Source: Leucoraja erinacea (taxonomy: Eukaryota). From it: a DNA stretch of 64,000 nucleotides. The notes under the pieces were generated by a model that was given only the letters and a program-made list of their open reading frames with translations, did no database searches and was not told the DNA's origin. Where the stretch lies: positions 91,698,001 through 91,762,000 of the forward strand of contig NC_073377.1 of assembly GCF_028641065.1 (NCBI RefSeq), read 5' to 3'. Shown here piece by piece: positions 12,270-23,901 of this stretch; positions within the stretch are counted from its first letter, which is position 1, and the number at the start of each line of letters is the position of its first letter. The position numbers and the translations under genes were made by a program.

Positions 12270-12612
12270 ATTCATCTTCTTAGGCAGTCCCTTGAGGTAG
12301 AGAATGACTTTCCATTCCAGTTTTATGTGTTTTGATAAGGCCAATTTAGAAATCATAGCTTCTTCCATAATTGGAGTAGGATGCAACTGAGGGGATAACT
12401 GGGTGAGTAGTTTGTGAGATGCTGTGTTCCTTTTGTGGTTTATTCAGGGCTTCAACTTTCTTTTTATGTTCCAGATACATAGCTACAGAGTTTTTGAGAC
12501 CACACCAACTGGTTCTTCTCCATTTGGAGTAATAATTATCCAGGAGTCAATGGCAAAGATGCACTTCTTCAAAGAAGCTTTTTCTCAGTCTGCCTAGTAA
12601 TCTCCACCCATG
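12270..12612 (-). mobile_element. Old RTE-clade LINE 3' fragment (possibly continuing ~13000-13200)
   Basis: tcttcttaggcagtccctt gaggtagagaatgact resembles reversed RTE 3' end; highly diverged. Confidence 0.45.
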
Positions 12613-12616
12613 ACCA

Positions 12617-12984
12617 GGCGGCACAGTGACACAGCAATAGAGCTGCTGCCTTACAGTGCCAGAGACCCACGTTCGATCCTGACTAGGGATGCTGTCTAAA
12701 CGGAGTTTGTACGTTCTCCCTATGACCTGCAAAGGTTTCCCTCTGGTTTCCTCCCACAGTCCAAAGACACAGGTTTGTAGGATAATTGGCATGGTATAAT
12801 TGTAAATTGTCCCTAGTTTAGTTTTTATTTTAGTTTAGAGAAACAGCGCGGAAACAGGCCCTTCGGCCCACCGGTTCCGCACTGACCAGCGATCCCCGCA
12901 CATTAACACTATCCTACTCACACTAGAGAAAATGTTTACATTTACCAAGGCCTGTTTCCAGCTGAATCTGTAAACTAAACTAAA
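12617..12984. mobile_element. V-SINE (+) interrupted by a V-SINE 3' fragment in opposite orientation (~12816-12948)
   Basis: Head and core on +, then (GTTTA)n-led reverse piece, then ggcctgtttcc...taaactaaactaaa tail. Confidence 0.75.
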
Positions 12985-13214
12985 AAGACAGAACTTGGAA
13001 TAGAATTTGGTTTTGTGAGTCCGACGTTGGGCATGAAAGTGATCGTGGCCATCTGAAAGGACTTGGGGACGTTTGCCTGAAAATGCACGCATTAGTTCAC
13101 TGATTCCTCTGGTAAATTTGGAGGATTTTGCAGATTCAACATTATTGTTATTTTTCCAATGACTTGAGATGCCTGGAGGTTGTCCATGTCTCAGAACCAT
13201 ATAGGAATATATGT

Positions 13215-13534
13215 GTTCCGGTAGGCGGCGCGGCTCTGGCCAGCAGCGGCCTCTGCAGCCTGTCCGCGTTTTTATTATTTTTTGTCTGTGTTTTTATGTA
13301 GTGTTTGTTATTTTATGTTGGGGTGTGTGTGTGGGGGGGGGGGGGTGGGGTGGGGGAGGGGGGGGGGAACTTTTTGAATCTCTCCCTGCACTGAGACCCG
13401 ACCTTTTCTCGTCGGGTCTCAGTCGTCGTTGAGGCCGCAACGAGGAGCGGCCTCCAACAGGAAGAGACCGGGGACTCAGGTGTCGACTCACCGTTGCCGT
13501 CGCGGAGCTGGCCGAGTCCGGAGCGGTGGAGGAG

Positions 13535-13601
<67 letters not shown>

Positions 13602-14123
13602 ACTGGAGAGTCGGAGGCTCTCTACAGGTCTGCGGATGACGGCGCCGAGCCCACGGCTCCCTGGAGGGAGACCGCTTTTCGGGGCTTCTGCGGCGGCGAC
13701 TTCTCCCGCCCGAGTTGCGGGGTCGAAGAGCTCCTGGAGCGGGGCCTAGCACCACTGCCCCGCGCGGCTGGAATGGCCGCGGACTCTGCGAGCGCACACC
13801 GGGGGCTCCAACATCAAGACCCGGTGTGCGACCTCGCACCACCCGGCGTGGCTTTAATGGCCGCGGGACAATCGCCATCGCCAGCCGGGGGCTATGACTT
13901 TGACTCTGACATCGGGGGGGGGAGAGTGCAGTGGAGAGATAAGTTTATTTGGCCTTCCATCACAGTTATGTGATGGATGTTTATGTTAAATGTAATTGTG
14001 TTGTGTCTGGGGTCTATTTGTGTGTAATGTATGGCTGCAGAAACGGCATTTCGTTTGGACCTCCAGGGGTCCAAATGACAAATAAATTGACTCTGACTCT
14101 GACTCTGACTCCGACTGACTCTG
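13215..14123 (+). mobile_element. GC/CpG-rich non-autonomous retroposon with Rex1-like 3' tail
   Basis: Ends gtgatggatgttt...tttcgtttg...aatgacaaataaa + (TGACTC)n; homologous to 56712-58810; no RT ORF. Confidence 0.7.
13536..13601 (+). repeat. (GCT)22 microsatellite
   Basis: Perfect trinucleotide run. Confidence 0.97.
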
Positions 14124-14165
14124 AAGGAAGGGATCATTACTGGTCTGTAAAGCAATGGTCTCTTA

Positions 14166-14330
14166 TGCCCCTGTCCCACTTAGGAAACCGGAACGGAAAC
14201 CACTGGGTACTTTGTGCCCCACCCAAGGTTTCCGTGCGGTTCCCGGAGGTTCCCGGAGGTTCCCGGAGGTTTCTGTCAGTCTCCCTACCTGCTTCCACTA
14301 CCTGCAACCTCCAGCAACCACCTGCACCAG
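14166..14330. mobile_element. Harbinger-type MITE, one end only
   Basis: TTA then TIR-like tgcccctgtcccac; internal (ggttcccgga)n. Confidence 0.55.
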
Positions 14331-15169
14331 ATTACCCAGCACAGTAATGCTGTCAATACTGCATTAAAAAAATATATATATTGACCCTTAGTACAACTGA
14401 TTCTCTTTGCGCTCTTGCTTCTGAGAAGACATCCTGAACATTGTGTGACGGACCACTGGAAGCAGTCATACTTTGCCAGTTTCGCACGATTACTATATTA
14501 CCCTCATCACAATTCTTGAGTTATACCATTTCCTTCTGATCTACCAGCCCCATACCAATGTTCATGTGGTCAAGGTAGTCATAGGCAGACAAACAAATAG
14601 CAAGAGAGAGAGAGAGGGAGAGATAGAAAGAGATAGATTCACAGAGAGATGCATGACATGGAAACAAGCCCTTTGGCCCACCGAGTCCCTATCAAGTATC
14701 ATTTTACACTTGTTCTACCCTCACTCATTTTATCCTGAGCACATTCTCTACACAGAGTACATAATCCTTCTGATTCTGTATTTTGTTTGAACCCAGTTGC
14801 TCATGTTTCCTTCAACAGGATTCTATCTTTGTCTTGTCCATGTTGTTGGCTCCCTCGTGAATTACAAAAGTTGTATCTTTCCTTTCCCATTCCAAGTTGC
14901 TCTCCAGCCCAAAAGAGGTTTCCTTAATCCTGGCATAGATTTTTGGGACTCATGCTCTGGTTGCAGAGAGCGGTATCGATTCCCCCTCACCCGCATCCAA
15001 CTATGCAGTTCCCTACTACCACTATATTCCTTTTCGCTCTTCCAACTTGAATAATACCCCAAAACATGGTGCTGTGTTGAGTTTGATCATTCACCTTGTC
15101 AACTCTGCTTTCATCTGCAAATTCTGCAAATTCGTCCCTGTTAAACAATCACAAGGCCTACCCTCTGGA

Positions 15170-15382
15170 TGTTAGGCCACGGGAGAGGCGACATGGAAAA
15201 AGTCGCCTCTCCATGGAGGAGGCGACCAAAGCGGTTTCCCCCTTACCCCCTCACACCACCCCCCACACAAGACATACAAAGAAACATTAAAAACATAAAT
15301 TAAAACATACTAAAAAAACAAAAAAAAGAAAAAAAACGGACACGCTGCTGACAGGGCTGCCGGCTTGCAGCGCCCCCACTGG
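15170..15382 (-). mobile_element. 5' fragment of the GC-rich non-autonomous retroposon family
   Basis: Reverse reads gggggcgctgc...ggcagccctgtcagcagcgtgtcc + T-rich + G-rich tract, like 13215 and 22590. Confidence 0.55.
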
Positions 15383-16464
15383 AGAGGTTAATAGGGATAT
15401 GGACTAGGCACAAGGAAGTGGAACTAACTCAGTCAGGCAACTTCATCATCATGGATGAGCAAGGCAGAAGTATGTAGAAGGAAACATTTTCAGATCAAAG
15501 AATGGAAATAGGCCCTTCGGCCCACCGATTCCACGCCGACCATCAATCCCCTGTACACTAGTTCTGTTATCCCACTTTCGTATCTTACACAATAAGGGAA
15601 ATTTTACAGAAGCCATTTAAGCACAAACCTGCACATCATTATTAATTTCTCAGAAACAGATATATGTGGCATATTTCCATCTACCAAATCTTCTACTAGC
15701 CATCCCTTTAATTTACCATTCATATTAAAGTGTGAGTTGCTTTGTAATGATTCTGAACTTGGATGGACATACTGTTAGTCATGCAATTTTATATCAACAT
15801 ACAACAGCTCTGAAAAATGCTATTAATGCTTCAGGTCGTGGTCTGCAGCTCCCCTTTGTATTCTTGCAGCGGAGCAGAGCGGACTTTACGTCAAGTATTC
15901 TTCAGGTTTTCTCAAATCAAACGTATTTATTCAGAGCGAAACACCTGTGCTAAAAGTAAGTAGCAACCCAGAAACTGTTTTCTATGTGATTTCACTTGAA
16001 CCTTGCCCATCATTTATTTCCCTAAAAGAAAAAAACACTCATCTTTCTTTTCACAGATCAACCCTATGTTTGGTAACAGCAATAAGCCTGTTGCACACTG
16101 ATCATAACAGTAAGTGGTGAAATATAACCAAATTACATTTGGCTTTGTTAGCTTCCAACAAGTCTCGTTGATGTTAAGTACAATTTTCTTTGTTCAAATG
16201 CCAAATTCCCTTGTTTCTGAAATGTGACACAGTTAATGGTGAAGAAAGATTCTTTAATAAATGTCTGTGTTTGTTGTTGGTGCAGATTCATACTTTAAGA
16301 AGGAAATCACTGAGAAGAATGACCTAAGAGACAGCACTGGGAGCACTCGTAGAACAGAGATGATGGATTGATACTCCTACAGCTGGTGGCACAATAATCT
16401 GCGAAAGGAAACAGATACTTCTGTGAATAGCATGTTAAGCAGAGAGAAAGGTGTTTACATTTTC

Positions 16465-16570
16465 ATTAATCTAGCCTGACACTCCAACACGTTACAAAGA
16501 GAACAACTACATTGTTGGAGATGCCGTCCTTTCAATGAGATGTTAAGCTGATGACCCGCCAGCTGGGATG
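16465..16570 (+). mobile_element. Deu-SINE (SacSINE1/AmnSINE1-like) remnant
   Basis: ctgacactcca...tgttggagatgccgtcctttcaatgagatgttaagctga resembles recalled consensus. Confidence 0.55.
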
Positions 16571-17167
16571 GATGGGCTGGGTGGACCGACTTTCTTTATG
16601 CATTATAATAACACATTATGAAGATAGGTCAGGACAGGCTGGGTGAAGCAGCTTTGCTCAGCATTCATAAAAAGAATTCTGCAATCGTTTCTGTCTTATT
16701 CATTTCGTCATTCTCCATATTCACCCAGCAATACTTTTTTTTCAAAGTCGGATCAGTCTAAAGTACAAGAGGTCCAACACAAGAATCACAAAGTTGTCTT
16801 TCTGCATTATTTTGAGTGTACATGTGTCTAGGTAGGGTGGGGCGCAGGCATGACGAATATTCTGGCAGTGTGGTTGCATGGTTAAATCAGCTAAAAACAT
16901 ACCGCAAGAGTAATTCTCCACTGGTGTTTTTTCCCCCACAGCTCACACATGCACACAAGGGCACACACAAACATTTGATCACAGTTGTCACTTTGCAAAA
17001 ATGATATGAACAATTTTAGATTTATTGTGTGCTTCTTACTTTAAAAAAAAATAAGCTATTTGTTTATTTGTTAGCTTATTTAATTGCACGTGTGGCACTT
17101 GAAACTGGGAGATACACCCTGCTAAACATATTCTAAGTATATTATAGATGCTTGTTTCAGCATACAC

Positions 17168-20100
17168 AAGTAAGTAAGTAAGTAAGTGAGTAAGTAAGTT
17201 TATTGGCCAAGAATTCACATACAAGGAATTTGCCTTGGTGCTCCACCCACAAGTAAAAACATGACATACAGTGACAGTTATGAATGACTCAGAAAACACT
17301 AAACATTAACAATAATAAAACATCAATGAAAAAACACCATTGATCAACCATGCGAACCAACTACTCTTGGATAAAAACTGTTTTTATGTCTGGCTGTGGC
17401 AGCTTTGACAGTCCAGAGTCACCTTCCAGAGGGAAGTGATTCAAAGAGTTTGTGGCCAGGGTGAGATGGGTCAGAGATGATCTTGCCCGCTTGTTTCCTG
17501 GCCCTTGCAGTGTGCAGTGTACAGTTCATCAATGGAGGGAAGGTTGTAGCCAATAACTTTCTCTGCTGATCGGATGATTCGCTGCAGCCTCCAGGTGTCA
17601 GGCTTGGTGGCTGAGTCAAACCAGACCATGATGGAGAAGATGAGGACAGACTCCACGATGGCCATATAGAATTGAACCATCATTGCCTGTGGCAGATTGT
17701 GCTTCTTCAGCTGCCGTAGGAAGTACATCCTCTGTTGTGCCTTTTTGACTGTGGAGTATGGTCCCCCACTTAAGGTCCTTGGAGATGATGGTTCCCAGGA
17801 ACTTAAAATACTCCACAGATGTGACTGTGGTGTTGTTGATGGTGAGTGGGGTGAGGGGAGGGGGAGCTCTCCTAAAGTCTACAATCAATTCCACTGTCTT
17901 AAGAGCTTTGAGCTCTATGTTGTTGCGATGGCACCAGGACGCCAGCTGTGACAATTCCTGTCTGTAGGCAGATTCCTCCCCATCCTGGATCAGTCCAATC
18001 AGGGTTGTGTCGTCCGCAAACTTGAGAAGCTTGACAGAGGTGTCTGTGGAGGTGCAGTCATTGGTGTAGAGAGAGTAGAGGAGAGGAGAGAGTATGCAAT
18101 CTTGCGGTGCTCCTATGCTGAGCGTTTGCGGGTTCGAGATGTGCTTTCCCAGCCTCACATGCTGCTTCCTGTCTGTCAGGAAGCTGGTGATCCACCAACA
18201 GAGGGGTTCAGGCACAGTCAACTCGGAAAGTTTGGCGTGTAGTAGCTCAGGCACAATGGTGTTGAATGCAGAGCTCAAATCAACAAACACGATCTTCGCA
18301 TAGGTCCCCTGGCCATCTAGGTGCTGTAGGATGAAGTGCAGGCCCAGGTTGACGGCATCATCCACAGATCTATTGGCCCGATATGCAAACTGCAGATCGT
18401 GATAATTTTCAGCTTGGCCAGCACAAGCCTTACGAGTGTCTTCATGACTACAGAGGTCAGTGCGACAGGTCTGTAGTCTTTAAGACAAGTAATCCTTGCC
18501 TTTTTGAGTACAGGGACAATAGTGGAGGCTTTGAAGCAGGCAGGGACACTACAAGTTTGTTGGGACTGGTTAAAAATGTCTATATAGAATGGTGCCAGCT
18601 GTTTGGCACAGAGCTTAAGAGTAGAGGGGGAAACATTGTCAGGTCCTGGAGATTTCTGGCTTTGTCCTCTGAAAAGCCTCTCCACCTCCTCTATTTTTAT
18701 TGTTGATATTGGATGTGATGTTTTGCAGCACAGAGGGTGTGGATGATTGGGTGTGAAGTGGAGATTGGAGGGGGTGGGTTTAGAAGGGCCCAGTCTTTGC
18801 AGACTCAGGTCAGGCTGTGAGTGGGTGTGAAGTGTTGGTTGGGGTGGGAAATGGTCCAGTCTTTTCACACTTTAAGTAGGTAGGAAGAGGTGAATGGGAA
18901 GTAAAGGGTGCAGGGTCCATTCTTTGTAGACTGGGGTCTGACAGTGTTGGTTGGGGAGGGGGGTAGGGAGTACCAGGGTTACGTTTCAGATTTTCAAACC
19001 TGTAGTAAAACTCATTCAGGTCATTGGTCAGCTGACGATTGTCAAGAGAGCGGGGGTCTTTCGTCTTGTTGCTGGTCATTTCTTGCAAGCCCTTCCAAAC
19101 TGAAGAAGAGTCACTAGCTGAGAACTTCTCAGAGTACCTTTCCTTGGCAGCTCTGATTCCTCTTCTCAGCTTGTACTTGGCCTGCCTGTAGAGGTCTGGA
19201 TCCCCGCTCCTGTAGGCCTCCTCTTTAGACTGTCGGAGCTGTCTGAGTTCTGCAGTGAACCAGGGCTTGTTGTTGTTGAACCATGTCCGAGTCTTAGTTG
19301 AATGAATGAATGAATTAATCTCTTTATTGTCATTGCACATGGTACAACAAAATTTAAAAGTCAATCCCACGGTGCGATTCACAAGAGCAATTTTAAATAT
19401 ATAAGAAAAGGTAAAAATATATACATATAAAAAAAAATTGCAGATAAATAACAATAGCAGCTGAGGTAGAACCATTTATTTGAATGTTAGTGCTATTTCT
19501 TATTTTGCATTATTAAGTTCACGTATGGCTATGGGGTAGAAGCTGTCTCTGAGTTTGTTTGTGCGAGTTTTGAAAGACCTGCACCGTCTGCCAGAGGGCA
19601 GCAGGTGGAACAGGTTGTGTCCAGGGTGGGAAGGGTCCTTCAGGATGTTGGCTGCCCTGCCAAGGCAGCGAGAGCTGAAGATGTCCTTCAGGGAAGGCAA
19701 TTGGAATGCAACTGTCCTCGCAAAAGCTGACATATGATGATACAGTGTCCGTACACTCATCAAGGCTTGTGGTTGCTTCCCTGAACACATTCCAATCCGT
19801 GCAATCAAAGTAGGATTGTAGGTTCTCAATGCTCTCACTTGTCCACCGTTTCGTTGTTCTGACCACAGGCTTAGCAGCTTTTAGTTTCTGCTTGTAGTTT
19901 GGAATAAGGTGAACTAGACAATGATCAGAGACCCAGACACGCCCAGGGAACAGAGCGATATGCGTTCTTGATTGACTTATAACAGTGATCGAGTGTTCTC
20001 TCCCCTCTGGTGGGGCAGGTAACATGAAATCTGTATTTAGGAAGGACACGGCTGAGGTTAGCTTTGTTAAATTCCCCCAAAACAATGACCATGGAGTCCA

Positions 20101-20285
20101 GGAAGTCACTCTCTACCCTCATTACCTGGTCAGCGAGTTCCGTTTGCACCTCACATACGCAAACTTGGGGGGGGGGAATGTAAACTCCAGCGAGAATAAA
20201 GGAGTTAAATTCCCTCAGAGAGTAGAAGGGTTTGCAGTTTATAAAGAAGGATTCTTGGTTGGGAGAACAGAAAGTTACTAATACA
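17168..20285 (-). mobile_element. Rex1/Babar non-LTR retrotransposon (APE + RT, frameshifted)
   Basis: APE-like GEFNKANL..TRGERTLDHCY..DHCLV; RT YRPVALTSVVMK, FVDLSSAFNTI, GAPQ.C.LSPLLYSLYTND, KFADDTT; (CTTA)n tail 17168-17200. Confidence 0.92.
19299..19700 (-). mobile_element. Second Rex1-like 3' fragment nested in the Rex1 element
   Basis: LPSLKDIF...DPSHPGH..F.LLPSGRR...SFYP; (ATTC)n tail; host reading SCIP|TKTR resumes across it. Confidence 0.85.
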
Positions 20286-20609
20286 CAACTTTAGCCACAA
20301 ATGCATTGAAATTGGAATTGAAATTATATTACTAGGGCCTTTTTAAAACATCCTGGTCACAAATATCCTTTGTATGTATTCCTGATTTAAATTCTTGCCA
20401 TGGAATTTTGGAATGCTTTAATTATATATGACATTTTTTGCCAGTTGTCCATCTAGGAAGACAAGATGGAAATTTCTACCAACAGGTGTGTTTTTTAACT
20501 TTCTGTTAATAATGGTGTTGGGAATTATCTTTATATATACCACAATATACCTCGTAATACAAGTGTTCTCTAAATTCTGCCACCAAGCACTCATTCAGAG
20601 GAGACTGAC

Positions 20610-20940
20610 ATGCATGTGTTGGTATGTGTGTGAGAGATGTGAGGGTATCTGTATGTATTTTAAGTATGTGTTAGGCTTGTGTGTTTATGAGGTGTGAGTG
20701 GCGAGGGCAGTGTGCAAAGTTTTTGTACATATGAACTTTGGGTGAAGTATGTGTATGTGAGGTGTTTGTGGTGTGAATTGTGTGTGATATATATACATGC
20801 AGATTGTGCACATGGGATTTGTGCTTGCATGCATGCACGATGTGTGCGTGGTGCATAATGTCTATGCGGTATGTGGTGATATTTGCATGAAGAGTAAAGT
20901 GTGACACTGATGTGTATGTGGTGTATGTAGAAGTGAGTGA
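20610..20940. repeat. TG-rich low-complexity tract
   Basis: Degenerate (TG)n. Confidence 0.7.
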
Positions 20941-21382
20941 TATATGATGGGGCCTAAAATGTTATAGAAGAAGGTTGTCTGACTCTCAATGGGCATATCT
21001 TCATTTTAAGAAGTCAGAGAAGACTGAATTTTGAAATGAAATGAAATAGATTTGTTCTGTAAAATTGGCTGATATCGCATGAGTGCTTTCAAATCATCCA
21101 ACTGACTTAGCTTTGACATGCAGATGAACATATTTTTGTGCTCTGGAAAAGGCTGTTCTAGGTCATTGAATCATCGTAGCTATTAATTACATTTGGCAAA
21201 TCTAATAGAACACTTTTGAAACTAACCAGATAGCTCCAGGAACCCACTAATCTGGATTTTCAAAAGTTGTGATATATCATTCAACATGTTATCACTTGAA
21301 ATAAAGTTTAGTCATGGATTTACAAGTAACATATTCCATGGATAGAGGATTAGTTAATTGACAGAAAATGGCAAAGGAGTGA

Positions 21383-21601
21383 TGGGCTTGTCCCACTTTG
21401 GCGATTTTTTTAGGTGACTACAGGCCACTGCTGAAACTTTTTCAACATCTTGAAAAGTTTTTGCCGACAGTGGCGACAATTTGGGCTGTCATAGGTTGTC
21501 GCCAGGTTAACGTAGGTTGTCGCTGGTGCTGACTTTGGTGAATTCCATTGTCCTAGTTGCTGACAGTCGCCCAAAAAAATCGCCTAAGTGGGACAAGCCT
21601 A
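21383..21601. mobile_element. Harbinger-type MITE (219 bp)
   Basis: TIRs tgggcttgtcccactt / aagtgggacaagccta; inserted in a decayed CR1. Confidence 0.8.
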
Positions 21602-21754
21602 CAAAGGAGCATTTTTCAGGAATTAGAAGGTTACCATGGCAACCATTTATGGGTTCTGACCTATTCACATTTTATGATCATGATTAATTATAAAAAACAA
21701 TGCATAGTGTGTCCAGGTTTAATCATATTATAAAAGTCGGGAAAATGACATTCA

Positions 21755-22312
21755 ATTTAGTTTATTGCCAAGTGCACTGAGGTAGAGTGAGAAGCTTTTT
21801 GTTGCATGCTAGCCTGTCAGTGGAAAGACAATACATGAATACAATTATGCCATTTACAGTGTATAGATACATGATATGGGAATAAAGTTAAGTGCAAGGT
21901 AATGCCAATAAAGTCCGATCAAGGATAGTCCAAGAGATATCAGAAGTACAGTAGATAATAGTTCAGCACTGCTCTCTGGTTGTGGCAGGATGATTCAGTT
22001 GCCTGATAACAGCTGGGAAGAAACTGTCCCTGAATCTGGTGGTGTGCGTTTTCACACTTCTGCCTGATGGGATTTACACCTTTTCCCTGATGAGATAGGG
22101 AGAAGAGGGAGTGGCTAGGGTGCGACTCATCCTTGATTGTTCTACTGGCCTTGCTGAGGCAGCGTGAGATATAAATGGAATCAATATTGGGAAGTTGGTT
22201 TGTAAGATGGTCTGGGCTGCGTCCACAATTTGCCACAATTTCTTACTGTCCAGGATGGAGCTGTTCACAAACCAAGCTGTGATGCATCCTGATAAAATGA
22301 TTTCTATGGTGC
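21755..22312 (-). mobile_element. Rex1-like LINE 3' fragment
   Basis: IKDESHPSHSLFS; matches 59860-60470 and 35750-35940. Confidence 0.75.
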
Positions 22313-22589
22313 TATGGTTCTATGGTCGTGTAAGAAAGATGAAAGAGGCAACGATGAAAAGGGTAATAGACAAATGAACTGAACATTTTTTAAATGAGAA
22401 ACTAGTAAATGTTGGAGGTAGGATCTTTTGCTGAGATAATACAAGGCTTTACAGGGACCTCATTTAGAGTGTTGTGTGCAATTTTGGCCTGCAGTAGGAA
22501 ATCCTCAATGTTTAATGAATTCACAAGAATGGCTATGTAGATGAGAAGATTGTCCTCTGAAAAAGATGGATGAAACTTATGGCACCGCC

Positions 22590-22900
22590 CACTAGGGGGC
22601 GTCATCCAGTTGGGTATGGCTGCCCAGCCTGCAGCTGTCTGTCTTTTCACTTCTTTCTTTTATTGTTAGTGTGTTAAAAAGTGTTTTGTTTGGAGGTCTA
22701 TTCTTTTTTATGTGGGGGGTGGGGGAAAGGGGAAACTACTTTTCCTAGTCCCTACCTGGTCGGAGAGGCAGCTTTTCTCCGGGCAACATCTTCGACCTGT
22801 CCTCGCGGCCTACCAATGGGTTTGGAGCGGCGTTTCCTGAGGGGATTGGCCAGAACCACAGCTTCGGCGGCGGCACAGCGCTGGAGCGCTATCGCGGAGC
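22590..22900 (+). mobile_element. 5' fragment of the GC-rich non-autonomous retroposon family
   Basis: tagggggcgtc...cagcctgcagctgtctgtctttt, G tract, cgcggccta..tcgcggagct. Confidence 0.55.
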
Positions 22901-23481
22901 TGAGTGGTCATGGAGATTGTATCAGAATATGGGTATGAGGTACAAGATCAAACATAATCTTATTTCATAGCACAGCAGAGTCAGGAGGCATCTGGCATCA
23001 TTGGATTTCTTATAGAGTCGTACAGAATGTAAACAGGCCTTTGGCTCAACTTACCCACACCAAAATCTTGTTCTTGTTTTGATATTCTCAGGAGGGAGAA
23101 TCTTGCACATTCAGACTTTAATGGGTCATGATCATTTATTATATCCTGCCCTCAATTAACTAATTAAGCACAAAGTGGGATTTTTTTTTGAGGCATGTAT
23201 TGCTCTTTGTGGCTGCGATCCAAGTGAGCATTTTTTGGATGCTTTTTACGGATGATTTGCTGATTAATTTGTGAAGGAACCAATCCTGCTATTTTACACT
23301 TTGGCTCCAAATGAAACATTGAGAGAATTCTAAATGATGTGTAGGACAGCCACTTAGATAGATTTTATTTCAACCAATTCAGATGAAATCGACAAAATAT
23401 TTTACCAGCACCAAATCGCATCACAGCATAAACAATAAAATCAAAATGTAATTAAAACTTCTGGAAAAAGGTCTTCATCTT

Positions 23482-23745
23482 CAGCTGCTCTACATCGGTG
23501 AGACCAAGCGTAGGCTTGGCGATCGCTTCGCCCAACACCTCTGCTCGGTTCGCATTAACCTACCTGATCTTCCGGTGGCTCAGCACTTCAACTCCCCCTC
23601 CCATTCCGAATCCGACCTTTCTGTCCTGGGCCTTCTCCATGGCCAGGGTGAGGACCACCGTAAACTGGAGGAGCAGCACCTCATATTTCGCTTGGGCAGT
23701 TTACACCCCAGCGGTATGAACATTGACTTCTCTAATTTCAGGTAG
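23482..23745 (+). pseudogene. Penelope-like element GIY-YIG endonuclease C-terminus (open 87 codons)
   Basis: LYIGETKRRLGDRFAQHL...PVAQHFNS..H...RKLEEQHLIFRLGSLHPSGMN. Confidence 0.9.
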
Positions 23746-23865
23746 TCCCTGCTTTCTCCTCCCCTTCTCAGCTCTCCCTCAGCCCACTGACTCCACCTCT
23801 TCCTTTCTTCCTCCCATTCTCCCCCCCCCCCCCCTCCACTAACACCCCCCCCCCCGCTATCACAT

Positions 23866-23901
23866 CAGTCTGAAGAAGGGTCTCAACCCGAAACGTTGCC
23901 T
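23866..23901 (+). ncRNA. Minimal type-I hammerhead ribozyme motif in the Penelope-like 3' repeat
   Basis: CTGAAGA(23870-76)-A-GGGT/ACCC stem II-GAAAC-GTT; ACGT palindromic stem III. Confidence 0.65.

Noticed and set aside
12030-12335. 101-aa ORF with possible acceptor at ~12119
   Set aside because: No recognisable protein, weak donor, runs into a reverse RTE fragment.
13429-13973. Poly-Ala / poly-Leu ORFs resembling a transcription-factor exon
   Set aside because: Produced by a (GCT)22 tract inside a GC-rich repeat; no domain or splice context.
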